A DNA stretch of 64,000 nt from a virus. Position 1 is the first letter of the stretch. Every line of letters starts with the position of its first letter. Positions 29,698 to 39,700 of the stretch are shown here, piece after piece. The notes under the pieces were generated by a model. It did not search any database. It had not been told where the DNA came from and saw nothing but the letters and a program-made list of their open reading frames with translations. The translations under genes were made by a program, and so were the position numbers. The stretch lies in the IMG/VR virus record IMGVR_UViG_3300042371_001161, positions 55,749-119,748 of that record; one strand, given 5' to 3'.

Positions 29698-29701
29698 GTG
29701 A

Positions 29702-31627
29702 CTACTTTACCGGACAAGCTCCAGTTGCGCAATCGTCCATATCAATCTCTCCGTTGAACTTCTCTTGTACTAATGGAATGGAGAAGTCGATTTTAGAGAC
29801 CATCTTTTCGTATAGTTCTTTTGTTATCTCTTCATATGGAGGGAGAACGAAGTTGTGGTCGCTGTGCAAGAGGAATGATACGGACTTCACGCTCTTGTCG
29901 TAGTTCTCAGTCAACCACTCCTGAATGCTTTTTAGCTCTTCTTTGCGGTAATAGACCGTAACGGAAACAGCATTGTCTGCCCACTCGGTTTGAACTTTCT
30001 TTACCCACTCAAGCTGCTGCACTGCTGTCATTTCGCTTGCCAAAGTTGAGCCCTCTGGAGACATGCAGGGGAATTCCACAACATAACGCGTATGGTCTTC
30101 TCGGCCATCAATGCCGATATCCCATACGACCTTGTAGCCACGCTTGCGACATGCGTCAACAAGTGGGTCTGCCGCTCCAAAACGAACGCGCCGGATGTAG
30201 TGAGGGGCAAAAGCCGGGTGAATGCCCGGAGTAACGCCTGGAAGCAGCGAGAGAGTGCCTGAAGGCTGAACCGTGGTCATTCTCACAGACTCAGGGAACC
30301 CCTTTTCCGCGGAATACTCCTTATCAAGGTCGCGTAAGTACTTGTACGCCGTATCGAGCCACGAAACCTGCTGTTCAGTTGCCTGAAGAACTCCAGTAAT
30401 GCTTTGACCAAGGCGTGCATTGGCCCTGACAATAGATGTCGTCTTCTCGTACGGGTACGGGAGTCTGGTGATTTGCTTCTGCGTCATGTAAAGGAGACGC
30501 GAAAGTGACAAGAATTGCGGCAAAGATTCGATATTAGGAAGAAAAATTGTCGCGAGATTGCACGATTCTCCATCTGCAAGTGCAATTTCCGCACATGGAT
30601 TAAAGCCCTCGATTGTTGCGTCTGGGCGTTTTTCGCCAAGGCGACCGTGAGTTCGTGCGAGCTTCCTATTAACTAGACCGTATGGCTCTCCCGAGCCGTC
30701 ATATCCACGCCATAGTTCTGCTGGTATTTCTTCCCAGCCGTCGGCATATAGCGAATTGTTACTATTTGCTCGCCACCCAGGAATGTTTCCTGAACCCCAG
30801 TTCTTTGCTCGGAGGAAGAGAACATCGTCAGGGTCGCCCATTGCGATTTGCGCCGAACGCCTTGATGAACCGGAAACAACAATTCGACCAATGATATTGC
30901 AGATATCCAAAACATCGATTGACCTAAGCTTCTTGCCGACACGGTTATCTAAAACCTTGCAAATATCGCTAATACCATCAATGAGGGCTCCAGGTCCGGA
31001 AGCAGTACCGCCAAACGTCTTGAGAGGTGCACCAAACTCACGAATCAAAATGGTCGAATAGGTAAAGGACTTGCCGGTATCAAAGTACGACTTAAGAACG
31101 CTATGCAAAAGGCGACGCCAGCCAGTACGACTGTCTGGAACAATAATGTCAGCGTCGTTACTACGCTCCTGTGTAATAGTTACTCCACTCTTGATTCTGG
31201 GCAAGTCGTGAATCTTTGAACGCTCTACGGAAAAACCCACGCCACCGCCAAGCATCAGGTAGTCAAACAGCATTTCAAAATCTTCAACTTTTTCGATATT
31301 CGTGAAGTAGCAGTTGTTTAAAGACGCTCCGCCAAAACGTGCAACCATTCCAGTTCCTAGTTGCCACAAAGCACGCCCACTCATTGAGCAGCGCAGGTTA
31401 TACATGTGGTCAAAAAGCTCTTCCGCTTCTTCGCGGGTGTAGGGAACGCCAATTTCTATTGCACCATTGACAACACGCTGAATCGTTTCGGGCCATGTTT
31501 CGATGTTGCCGTTGTCTTTTGTGCGGCTATAGGTACGGAGAAAAACAATTTCTCCCATGCCATTGAAGCCCCATGGAACGGGACGATTGGCGTAAGAAGC
31601 AACGAATTTGTCATCAATGTGGTTCAT
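29702..31627 (-). CDS. nrdJ: Class II (adenosylcobalamin-dependent) ribonucleotide reductase
   Basis: FLRTYSR, NNCYF, SGSSRRSAQI, NPCAEI, TTVQPSGTLSLL, WADNAVSVTV, C-terminal CATGACPVK. Confidence 0.93.
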   Translation of the reverse strand: MNHIDDKFVASYANRPVPWGFNGMGEIVFLRTYSRTKDNGNIETWPETIQRVVNGAIEIGVPYTREEAEELFDHMYNLRCSMSGRALWQLGTGMVARFGGASLNNCYFTNIEKVEDFEMLFDYLMLGGGVGFSVERSKIHDLPRIKSGVTITQERSNDADIIVPDSRTGWRRLLHSVLKSYFDTGKSFTYSTILIREFGAPLKTFGGTASGPGALIDGISDICKVLDNRVGKKLRSIDVLDICNIIGRIVVSGSSRRSAQIAMGDPDDVLFLRAKNWGSGNIPGWRANSNNSLYADGWEEIPAELWRGYDGSGEPYGLVNRKLARTHGRLGEKRPDATIEGFNPCAEIALADGESCNLATIFLPNIESLPQFLSLSRLLYMTQKQITRLPYPYEKTTSIVRANARLGQSITGVLQATEQQVSWLDTAYKYLRDLDKEYSAEKGFPESVRMTTVQPSGTLSLLPGVTPGIHPAFAPHYIRRVRFGAADPLVDACRKRGYKVVWDIGIDGREDHTRYVVEFPCMSPEGSTLASEMTAVQQLEWVKKVQTEWADNAVSVTVYYRKEELKSIQEWLTENYDKSVKSVSFLLHSDHNFVLPPYEEITKELYEKMVSKIDFSIPLVQEKFNGEIDMDDCATGACPVK

Positions 31628-31716
31628 GATTTCCTGTCAGGTGGGTGGATTGAATAGTAACTAGGAAACGAGTGTAGCGCACAGATGAATAAAGAAAAAG
31701 TCGAGAGAATATAAAA

Positions 31717-32052
31717 TTAATTTAAAAAGCCAAGTCTCCTGGCTTCGGCGATAGAAATGTTTTTGCCTTTTTTATGGACAACTATTTTTGTAACAATACC
31801 TGGCGCAATTTCTCGCTCTTCGCAATAATCCTCTTGCATACAAAACGCCAAGGAGTCATCGAGAGAAGAGTGCGTGTTGTAGCCCCAAATATCTTCCGGC
31901 AACAAACTTGCAGAATTGCCCTCACAATCGCCAGTCGGGTGACCGCAAACGGGACACGGAAGCCTGTCGGCCCGAAGAATACTAAACCCAGAATGTTTAT
32001 CTTCAAATATGGACATTTCGCCAAATCCTGGGCTATCGTAAAATGCATTCAC
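31717..32052 (-). CDS. Hypothetical protein with CPVCGH motif
   Basis: 111-aa ORF codirectional with nrdJ. Confidence 0.55.
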   Translation of the reverse strand: MNAFYDSPGFGEMSIFEDKHSGFSILRADRLPCPVCGHPTGDCEGNSASLLPEDIWGYNTHSSLDDSLAFCMQEDYCEEREIAPGIVTKIVVHKKGKNISIAEARRLGFLN

Positions 32053-32066
32053 ATTAATAAGTTTAT

Positions 32067-32780
32067 CTAAATAATGCTCTGCATAATAAAACCAAAACTG
32101 GCTATTTTTGCAGCAGCATCGAGAAGGCTCTGGTCGTCGACCGATTCGCTGGGCCCCATTTGAAGAACTCTATTTAACATGTGGGGGTATTTTGTTTGTT
32201 TTGTATGGTGTTCTGCTTTTTCCGGATAAACCAGCACCTCTTTCCAGTGCACCTTGCGCCCTAACGCAATCTTGTATGGGGCGGCAACCATGGATGTAGG
32301 CGTAATATGGCCATTTTCTTCGTCAATTGACGCATGGCTAACCGTCAGGCATTCATATATGGGCAATTTGGGGTCCGAAAACGCCAAAGCTAGGTCCATA
32401 TTCTTGGTTTTATGGGAGTCTAGGGAGCAGTAACCCTCCGAGACCATGGTGATGGCCGTGGCCCACATATCCTTGCGGAGTACCTTGCACACCTCTTTGC
32501 ATCTTTCAAAGCGTACTTCTGGGTCCAATTTCATTGTTTCAGAGTTCATTTGAGATATCGAAATCAGTCCGTCATCCATCCACGCTAGAAAATGGATGGC
32601 CAAATCCTCCCCAACCCCATGTTCCTCGACTGCCGTATCTTTCGCCAGCTGGGCCGATGTCAGGGCAAGAGCCATTTTACTAAAATCATCCATGTATTGG
32701 TCCACGAGGCATTTTAGACAAATATTCTTCATTTCCATGGTAAACAAATAAACCGCTTTTGCAACGGCCGACACACTCAT
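32067..32780 (-). CDS. Hypothetical protein
   Basis: 237-aa ORF; true start may be a downstream Met. Confidence 0.6.
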   Translation of the reverse strand: MSVSAVAKAVYLFTMEMKNICLKCLVDQYMDDFSKMALALTSAQLAKDTAVEEHGVGEDLAIHFLAWMDDGLISISQMNSETMKLDPEVRFERCKEVCKVLRKDMWATAITMVSEGYCSLDSHKTKNMDLALAFSDPKLPIYECLTVSHASIDEENGHITPTSMVAAPYKIALGRKVHWKEVLVYPEKAEHHTKQTKYPHMLNRVLQMGPSESVDDQSLLDAAAKIASFGFIMQSII

Positions 32781-32796
32781 GCGCTAAGGTTGCATC

Positions 32797-33117
32797 ATGA
32801 CTGAAAGCATCAAAAAGAACCAAACAAAGACCCCCAAGAAGGCCGCCGTTAAAAAGGCTCCTGCAAAGAAAACCGCCCCCAAGAAGGCCGCCGCCAAGAA
32901 GTCCCCGGTGAAGAAGGCCGCTGCCAAGAAGGCTCCTGTGAAGAAGGCCGCGGAGAAGCAGCCCGAAGTTCAATTCGATATCTTGGATGAGCTTCGCGAT
33001 GAGGTCATTGAATGGGCCGACGATTTTATTGCCGCAAATCCGAATGTAAAAGTAAATGGCAAGGTTGGAATTTTACAGACTTGGTTCCGTAAGTTCTTTA
33101 GTCGTCGCGCTAAATAA
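32797..33117 (+). CDS. Histone H1-like Lys/Ala/Pro-rich DNA-binding protein
   Basis: Repeated KKAAVKKAPAKKTAPKKAAAKK units. Confidence 0.7.
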   Translation: MTESIKKNQTKTPKKAAVKKAPAKKTAPKKAAAKKSPVKKAAAKKAPVKKAAEKQPEVQFDILDELRDEVIEWADDFIAANPNVKVNGKVGILQTWFRKFFSRRAK

Positions 33118-33140
33118 CTGCGCGAGTTGCATCTTTCATA

Positions 33141-33554
33141 ATGACAACAGAAAGACGCAGAGCCCCACGTAAAAAAATAACATCTATCGAGAAGACCGGT
33201 AGGTGGGGTCATCTTGTTTATCATCACAAACTTGAATGTGGTCATATCGACGTACGCAAAAGAGCCGCAACATCTGATGAAATAGCATGCATGTGGTGCC
33301 TTAGGGCGGAAGAACAAGATGTTGAGATTAAAAAAATGTCTGCGCCTTTAGTTCAAAATGTTTTTTATGACGACAATCTAGCTGCAGAAGAAACGCGCAT
33401 TGAAAAAACCAGAGCTGCAATTGCTGCACGTATTGGCGTACCAATGGAGGCAGTGGATATTTCTTCAGAAGATGTTGCTGGTTTGCTTGTGATTCGCAGC
33501 GCAGTCGTGTATCTTTCTGCACGCGACATAGTTCGCATTGCGGGGGGAATTTAG
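33141..33554 (+). CDS. Hypothetical protein, possible Zn ribbon
   Basis: LECGH...CMWC. Confidence 0.6.
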   Translation: MTTERRRAPRKKITSIEKTGRWGHLVYHHKLECGHIDVRKRAATSDEIACMWCLRAEEQDVEIKKMSAPLVQNVFYDDNLAAEETRIEKTRAAIAARIGVPMEAVDISSEDVAGLLVIRSAVVYLSARDIVRIAGGI

Positions 33555-33580
33555 CTCTCGCCCATACAACGGAGGTTCAA

Positions 33581-33904
33581 TTGGAATCAGTCAGTAGGGT
33601 GGACGTAATGCCGCGAGGCGGAAAATGCACGGGACATAATCCAAATATATGGTTCCCTATGGCTGACAAATCTCAGCCTGGTCAGTTTTCTGAAAATTAC
33701 AGACAGGCCAGAGCAGATACTCAAATTGCTAAACAAATATGCGGAACGTGCGAAATTAAAATTGAATGCCTCTCGTATGCTCTCTATCATGAGATGTTTG
33801 GTATTTGGGGAGGGACATCCGAGCGCGAGCGTCATAGAATGCGGAGACAAATGAACATCGTCCCCGTACCTAAGATACCATTCAACATACTCCTACCTCA
33901 TTAG
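33581..33904 (+). CDS. whiB: WhiB-family Fe-S transcription regulator
   Basis: C...WFP...AKQICGTCEIKIECL.YAL...GIWGGTSERER; RBS GGAGG before a TTG start. Confidence 0.92.
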   Translation: MESVSRVDVMPRGGKCTGHNPNIWFPMADKSQPGQFSENYRQARADTQIAKQICGTCEIKIECLSYALYHEMFGIWGGTSERERHRMRRQMNIVPVPKIPFNILLPH

Positions 33905-33922
33905 AAAAAGAGCGATTAGCCA

Positions 33923-35767
33923 ATGCCTACTATTCCATCGCCAGAAACAGAAAACTTTCTAGGACTCTTGGATGGCGTGCGTAAGGCTGGCTCTGGCTGG
34001 ATTGCGCGCTGTCCGTGTAGAAATGATGATTCAAATCCATCCCTATCCGTGGGACAAGGGGCGGACGGTCGTGTCCTTGTCACCTGTCATCGTGGCATGT
34101 CATGCAACGTTGACGACATATGCCAGTCTGTTGGCATTAGTGTTTCTGACTTGATGCCGAAAAAAGACGAATATGACAGGCCTTTTAAACAGGAGACGCG
34201 ACAACTTCCAGCCGCAAAGAATAGAGAAACAAAAGATTTGAGTGAAAAAATTTCCCGACCACCCAAGAAACTCACCTTGACCAATACCTATGACTACACG
34301 GACGAGAATGGTCTACTTCTTTTTCAAAAACTCCGCTACATAGATGAAGACGGAAAGAAATCTTTCAGTCAGCGCAAGCCCGACGGCAAGAGTGGATGGG
34401 AATACAGCTTAGGTGATGTCCCGAAAGTCCTATACAACCTCCCTGGAGTTATCTCAGCGCGAGCATTTGATGCAACCATATGGGTGGTCGAGGGGGAGAA
34501 GGATGCAGACACACTAATTGAGGCAGGTTTCGTTGCAACGACGATGCCAGGTGGGGCTGGTAAATGGCTCGAGATACACACCGAACCCTTGAGTGGGAGC
34601 GTTGTTGAAATAGTCGCAGACAATGACGAAGTTGGTATCAAGCATGCGCTTAATGTTTGTGAGAAATTAATTGACGCTGGTTGTGACGCTCAGGTTTGGA
34701 TATGTCCATCCCACAAGGACATAACCGACCACCTTTCTGCTGGAATGTCAATTGATGATTTGGTCGCCTACGAAGCGCCTCCCGTGCTCAATGATTATTC
34801 AGTTTCAGAAAATGGGTTTACGGAAGTTGAACTAACGGGAATAAAAATTAATGAGGATTTGTCGCCAGAGGACCTTGCCCTACAGAAGCTAAAGGAATTA
34901 ATAGAAAGGGACGACCTCAATGTTAAGCAAAAAATTGCTAAAAGCAATCTCATATTGGCCACAGCCACCGTCTCCTTTTCGCTTGATACTGGCCGCCTAG
35001 TTCACTGGAATGATTTCCTTAAAGAGACTGATGGAGACACCTACGATTGGGTCATACCAGGACTTCTTGAGAGAAGCGAGCGTGTCATAGTCGTGGCCGC
35101 TGAGGGTGTTGGTAAGACAATGCTCGCCCGACAAGTGGCGCTCCTCTGCGCTGCAGGAATCCACCCGTTCTCTTTTCAGCCCATGCCAGCCATAAAGACG
35201 CTCACCCTCGACCTAGAAAACCCAGACAGAATTATTAGACGTACTGGTCACTCAATTGCTATGCAGGCAATGGCTTCTGGCCGAGTGACTAGACTAAATG
35301 CAGAACTATTGACCAGGCCGTCCGGAATGGACCTGCTCAAGGCAAGCGATAGGGCATCACTTGAAGAGGCCCTAGACAGGGTGCGTCCTGACTTACTAGT
35401 CATTGGCCCGCTATATAAGGCTTTCCTTGACCCAGGCGGGCGGACCTCTGAATCAATCGCCCTAGAAGTAGCAAAATATCTAGACACCATTAGGACTGTT
35501 TATAAATGTGCGCTATGGATTGAGCACCACGCCCCACTTGGCACAAGCATGACCAGCAGGGACCTGCGGCCATTTGGTTCTGCCGTGTGGTCGAGGTGGC
35601 CGGAATTTGGCATATCCCTTCAGCCAGACCCAACAGCTCTCGGCGCATATGTTTACGATGTCCGTCATTTCCGTGGTGCACGTGACGAGCGCCAATGGCC
35701 GACTAAAATAAAGAGAGGCGTCAAATTCCCGTTTGAGGTCATTGACTGGTCTAAGGCTGTAACGTGA
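33923..35767 (+). CDS. Primase-helicase (Zn finger + Toprim + RepA/AAA_25-like ATPase)
   Basis: ARCPC...PSLSV...TCHRG; VEGEKDADTL; ADNDEVG; Walker A AAEGVGKT; DLLVIGP. Confidence 0.88.
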   Translation: MPTIPSPETENFLGLLDGVRKAGSGWIARCPCRNDDSNPSLSVGQGADGRVLVTCHRGMSCNVDDICQSVGISVSDLMPKKDEYDRPFKQETRQLPAAKNRETKDLSEKISRPPKKLTLTNTYDYTDENGLLLFQKLRYIDEDGKKSFSQRKPDGKSGWEYSLGDVPKVLYNLPGVISARAFDATIWVVEGEKDADTLIEAGFVATTMPGGAGKWLEIHTEPLSGSVVEIVADNDEVGIKHALNVCEKLIDAGCDAQVWICPSHKDITDHLSAGMSIDDLVAYEAPPVLNDYSVSENGFTEVELTGIKINEDLSPEDLALQKLKELIERDDLNVKQKIAKSNLILATATVSFSLDTGRLVHWNDFLKETDGDTYDWVIPGLLERSERVIVVAAEGVGKTMLARQVALLCAAGIHPFSFQPMPAIKTLTLDLENPDRIIRRTGHSIAMQAMASGRVTRLNAELLTRPSGMDLLKASDRASLEEALDRVRPDLLVIGPLYKAFLDPGGRTSESIALEVAKYLDTIRTVYKCALWIEHHAPLGTSMTSRDLRPFGSAVWSRWPEFGISLQPDPTALGAYVYDVRHFRGARDERQWPTKIKRGVKFPFEVIDWSKAVT

Positions 35768-36432
35768 GCGACGAAAAATCAAAACCAATTACTACTAAAG
35801 AGTTCCTCCACGAGCGCGATATGCGCATCTTCAAGATGAGGCAAGCCGGAACTTCTGTTAATGAGATAGCCCGACGATTCGGCATATCTACTCAGTCGGT
35901 AGCACGCTCAGTTCAGCGTCAATTAGAAAAAATGAACAAGGAGGCCATTCTTGCGTATCCAGAAATTCTGAGAATGGAGCTCGAACGGCTAGATAATCTC
36001 CAGCAAGCAATTTGGCCAATGACACAACATAGACGTGTCTCAATGGACGACGGAACAGAAGTGCAGGTCGAGCCAGACCTCAAGGCAATTCAACAGGTCC
36101 TATCAATCATGGACCGAAGAACAAAACTACTCGGCATGGAGCAGACAAATGTTAATGTAAATGTTGACGCAAATATCAACTCTACAATTAGGGCAACCAT
36201 TGCCGGACAGCCTGGTGTAATCATGCCTGCTTCCGGCTTTGACGCTGAATCAGAAGCCAGAAAACTACTAGAACTCATGGGTATAGCAGGCGTTCTACCT
36301 GCGGAAACAGTTTCATCTATTCTTGCAAAAAATCAAAAACCTGACGACGGCATTATCGATGCTGAAGTAGTATCGGATTTAGAAGACAGGCCGATTTACA
36401 GGGATTTTGACAACAATGACCCAGGACAGTAA
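35764..36432 (+). CDS. HTH protein, probable terminase small subunit
   Basis: HTH AGTSVNEIARRFGIS; ELERLD.LQ.AIW...KAI..VLSIMDRRTKLLG pattern recalled from actinophage small terminases. Confidence 0.55.
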   Translation: MSDEKSKPITTKEFLHERDMRIFKMRQAGTSVNEIARRFGISTQSVARSVQRQLEKMNKEAILAYPEILRMELERLDNLQQAIWPMTQHRRVSMDDGTEVQVEPDLKAIQQVLSIMDRRTKLLGMEQTNVNVNVDANINSTIRATIAGQPGVIMPASGFDAESEARKLLELMGIAGVLPAETVSSILAKNQKPDDGIIDAEVVSDLEDRPIYRDFDNNDPGQ

Positions 36433-36742
36433 CCCAGAAGAAGACAATATTCGTGCGGCAATGGACAAAGTGGCAGAAACAATAACGCCAACGGTCTCCC
36501 CGTTAATCAATGCTGCTGATGGCCCTGCGGATAAGCAGGTTTTAATCAGAACCAACGATTATGAACGAAATAGATGGAAAGAGGCCGCAACGCTCGAACA
36601 GGTAACTCTTTCTGCGTGGATACGGAATACCCTCAATTCAGAGGCCAAGCGTCTTCTGGAGTGTGAACACCCGCTGAACATGATGCGCTTCTACCCGTGG
36701 GCAAAAATATGCACCAAATGCGGCGCTCGCCTCAAATCCTAG
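36416..36742 (+). CDS. Small DNA-binding protein (RHH-like + Cys/His motif)
   Basis: VLIRT...WKEAA...TLSAWIRNTLN; CEHP...CTKCG. Confidence 0.55.
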   Translation: MTQDSNPEEDNIRAAMDKVAETITPTVSPLINAADGPADKQVLIRTNDYERNRWKEAATLEQVTLSAWIRNTLNSEAKRLLECEHPLNMMRFYPWAKICTKCGARLKS

Positions 36743-36770
36743 GTTATTTACAATGGTATTATTTAATTAA

Positions 36771-39700
36771 ATGTCTGTAGATAACAATGAGTTCCACATC
36801 CCCTTTGAGGAAACGCGTCGCGGTGTAGATTCAAACACCGAAGAAAAGGCCGCCCTCGGTCGGCTGGGGCGCTATTTGGGCTCCAGAGCCACAAACAGAC
36901 CCACTATCGGCCAGAGGCGAAGAGGCAGGGGCGGTGGTCGAGGGGTCGAAATACCTACCGGCGGCAAGCCAGGCACACGAAACCCAACGGGCTCGCGAAG
37001 GGACGTCGATGGAGACGGCTGGGCTGACGAAGGAACCAAGAAGCCGGTATGGGTGGGGATGGGGAATACGGAGCCCGCATCAAAACCAAAGCCTCAAGCG
37101 CAAAGACAAACAGCGAAAAGAACCGAGACAGAAGTTGCCAAGAAGCTATCCAGTGGATTGGAGCAACTGTCGCCGTTAGAGCGTTACGACTATGGTCCAG
37201 TGGTTGCTGCCAAAAAAATCAAAAGCAAAGACACCGAATACAGGCTAGTCATTAGGAATGACTTTGATATTGGCATCTATCTTGAATCAGATTTCAACAA
37301 AGCACGCGACGTTTTAGTCGAGAGATTCAACAAACTTGGAGCGAACCCCTTCAACGATAAGCCATCTCCATTGGGTCCGGAGGATATCGACGACAGGGAT
37401 GTTCTGAGGTTCATGCTCGACAACGATAAGACCATAAAAACCATGTCGGCCATGCAAGTATGGTCGCCCGGTGGCGGCAGTCGAACTGAAGTTTTTCAAA
37501 TCAACACAAGACCCAAACACCAAAGACGTGGTCTCGCAGCAGAGATGTTCAATACACATAGGGAAACTTTCCCTGAGTTGGACCTTCAGCACAGTGATGC
37601 GTTGAGCGAGGATGGTCGAGCATTTTCAAAAGCAGTACCGGCTACGTCCAACATGGAATCCCCAGATAGGCCGTCCAGTCTTTCGTCTGGAAAAAAATAT
37701 CAAGAGCTTGTCGATGCTCAGCCAGAATTAACCGAAGAAAAGTTGCGTCAGATAGACGAGCTTAATGAATTATTAAGAAGCGATTTACTTGATAGCGCCG
37801 ACTCGTATAGTGAAGATACTGATGTATTTGGCACAGGAATAGATATTTTAAATGATTCACCAGAGCGTGCAGCACAAAGAAAAAGAGTGCATGATTTATT
37901 ACGTGAAATTTTTAGTGGAGAAATTGAGTTAGAGGAAGACATCATCGTCACCGCTACTAATGGCGAAAAAATAAATTTAGGAAAAACTGTTGTTGTTGAT
38001 GTTGCTGAATCTTTCGAAGCCCTTGGCTGGCAGGTGGAGATAGACGAAGTAAGTGAAGAAGATATACAACTAGTCCAAGACCAAACTTTTGAACCATTTC
38101 TTTCAGCCGATTCAACCGGCATTGGCCTAGCCGCAAGATTTCAATTCAAACTAACCCCCACTGCCGATGCCGCAGAACGACTAACTGCAGCCGGGGTGCC
38201 AGATGAAATGATTTGGGATGAGATGATGTCGGTTGGGCCCGGCACCCAAGGAGAAGTGCAATTTGGTCGCTCCGCAAGAATGCTTTCGTATTTTCCTGGA
38301 GATAAACCAACGGCGACGATGCAGCATGAGACTTTCTTTCTGAATTCGGAGTCTCAAGGACACGGCATAGGAAGCGCATTCAATGCAAGAAATGAAAAAA
38401 TATACGAAGCTATCGGTCAATTAAAAATATTTGCAGCGGGGACGTCCAATACCGAAGAATCCATTGGGGCGACGCACTGGCCTAGAAATGGATTCACGTG
38501 GGCCGGGGAACCAGGGAAACAAACTTTTCTTGGGACAATCGCAGAAGCCCTCGATGATACTGAACAGAACTGGTTTAGTCCGGAAGAGAAATCCCGGATA
38601 TCGTCATTAATACGGAAAAATCCTGATACGGGCTTATTTGAAACTGACTCAACCCCAGAAAATCTTCTCAAATTCCAACGAGCAACGGAATTATTCAAAG
38701 AAAAAGAATTGTCGATTCTTTACGTGCGTGAAGTATCCAAGAGAAAGACTCCAGCCGGCGCACTTTCCAGTGGGCGCATCGGAACCGTAAAAACAGAACC
38801 AGTCGAGATGATGCGTTCAACGGAGTTTCCGAAACTAGGTACTAAATTAATTGATTCTGGCGGTACGCCCGACCCCACCTCTAGTCAAAAACAATATATG
38901 GAATTCCCGGTTTACGAAATTGACGGGAAAAAATTTGCGTTTGGCAATACTGACTTGGGCCGATTCCAGCCTGAGTTCAATACCGAAGATATAGAGATAG
39001 TCCCTCTAAATCCTTACGCAATTGTCGGACTGCCCAAAACCTCCACCGAAGGACAAGAGTGGGCGTTGAAAATGTTTCATGCGATTCAAGCAGTTTCTCT
39101 TCTTGACGACATTGAGGCTGGGCGTGTTGGCAATAGAAAAGTTGGCCTAGTCGCAGCTTTAACTTATGCTGCGAAGCGGGGAGATAAGCCTGCCCTAGAA
39201 GAACTGGAACGTTTGGCAAAAATTGGTGAGGAGCTTTTAGTAAACAACCGACGAGATTTCGTATCGGCTGCGAAGGTGTACAACGAACAGATGTGGGACG
39301 TTGACGGCACCTATTGGGACGACACGCCAAATATGCAAGTCGTTCTTGGCCCGACAAGAACCAATGAATACGGCGACACCGTCCGCACAACAAGAGCACT
39401 AGGCATCGATGACATGTTTCTTGTTCACCAAACATCATATAAGCCTCAGTATGATGACGACGGCAATATTATTCTTAAACCAACCGGGGATTTTATCCCA
39501 ATTGACCCCAATACTGGCGAGCAATTATTGGACCCCATATCAGGCAAGCCAGTCGCCATGCCAGACCGCGATTCCATACATATGACCCTTAATCACATGG
39601 TCAAGGGTCATATGTGGAGAAATGAGCCCACGGAATCAACAAGCGTTATCATCGTTCCACTAAGAGACGTACTTGACGCTAACCCCGGCTCCTTGGACAA

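Noticed and set aside
29194-31627. Group I intron or intein in nrdJ carrying the HNH
   Set aside because: nrdJ is uninterrupted and ends with its CATGACPVK motif before the HNH starts; no Hint motifs seen.
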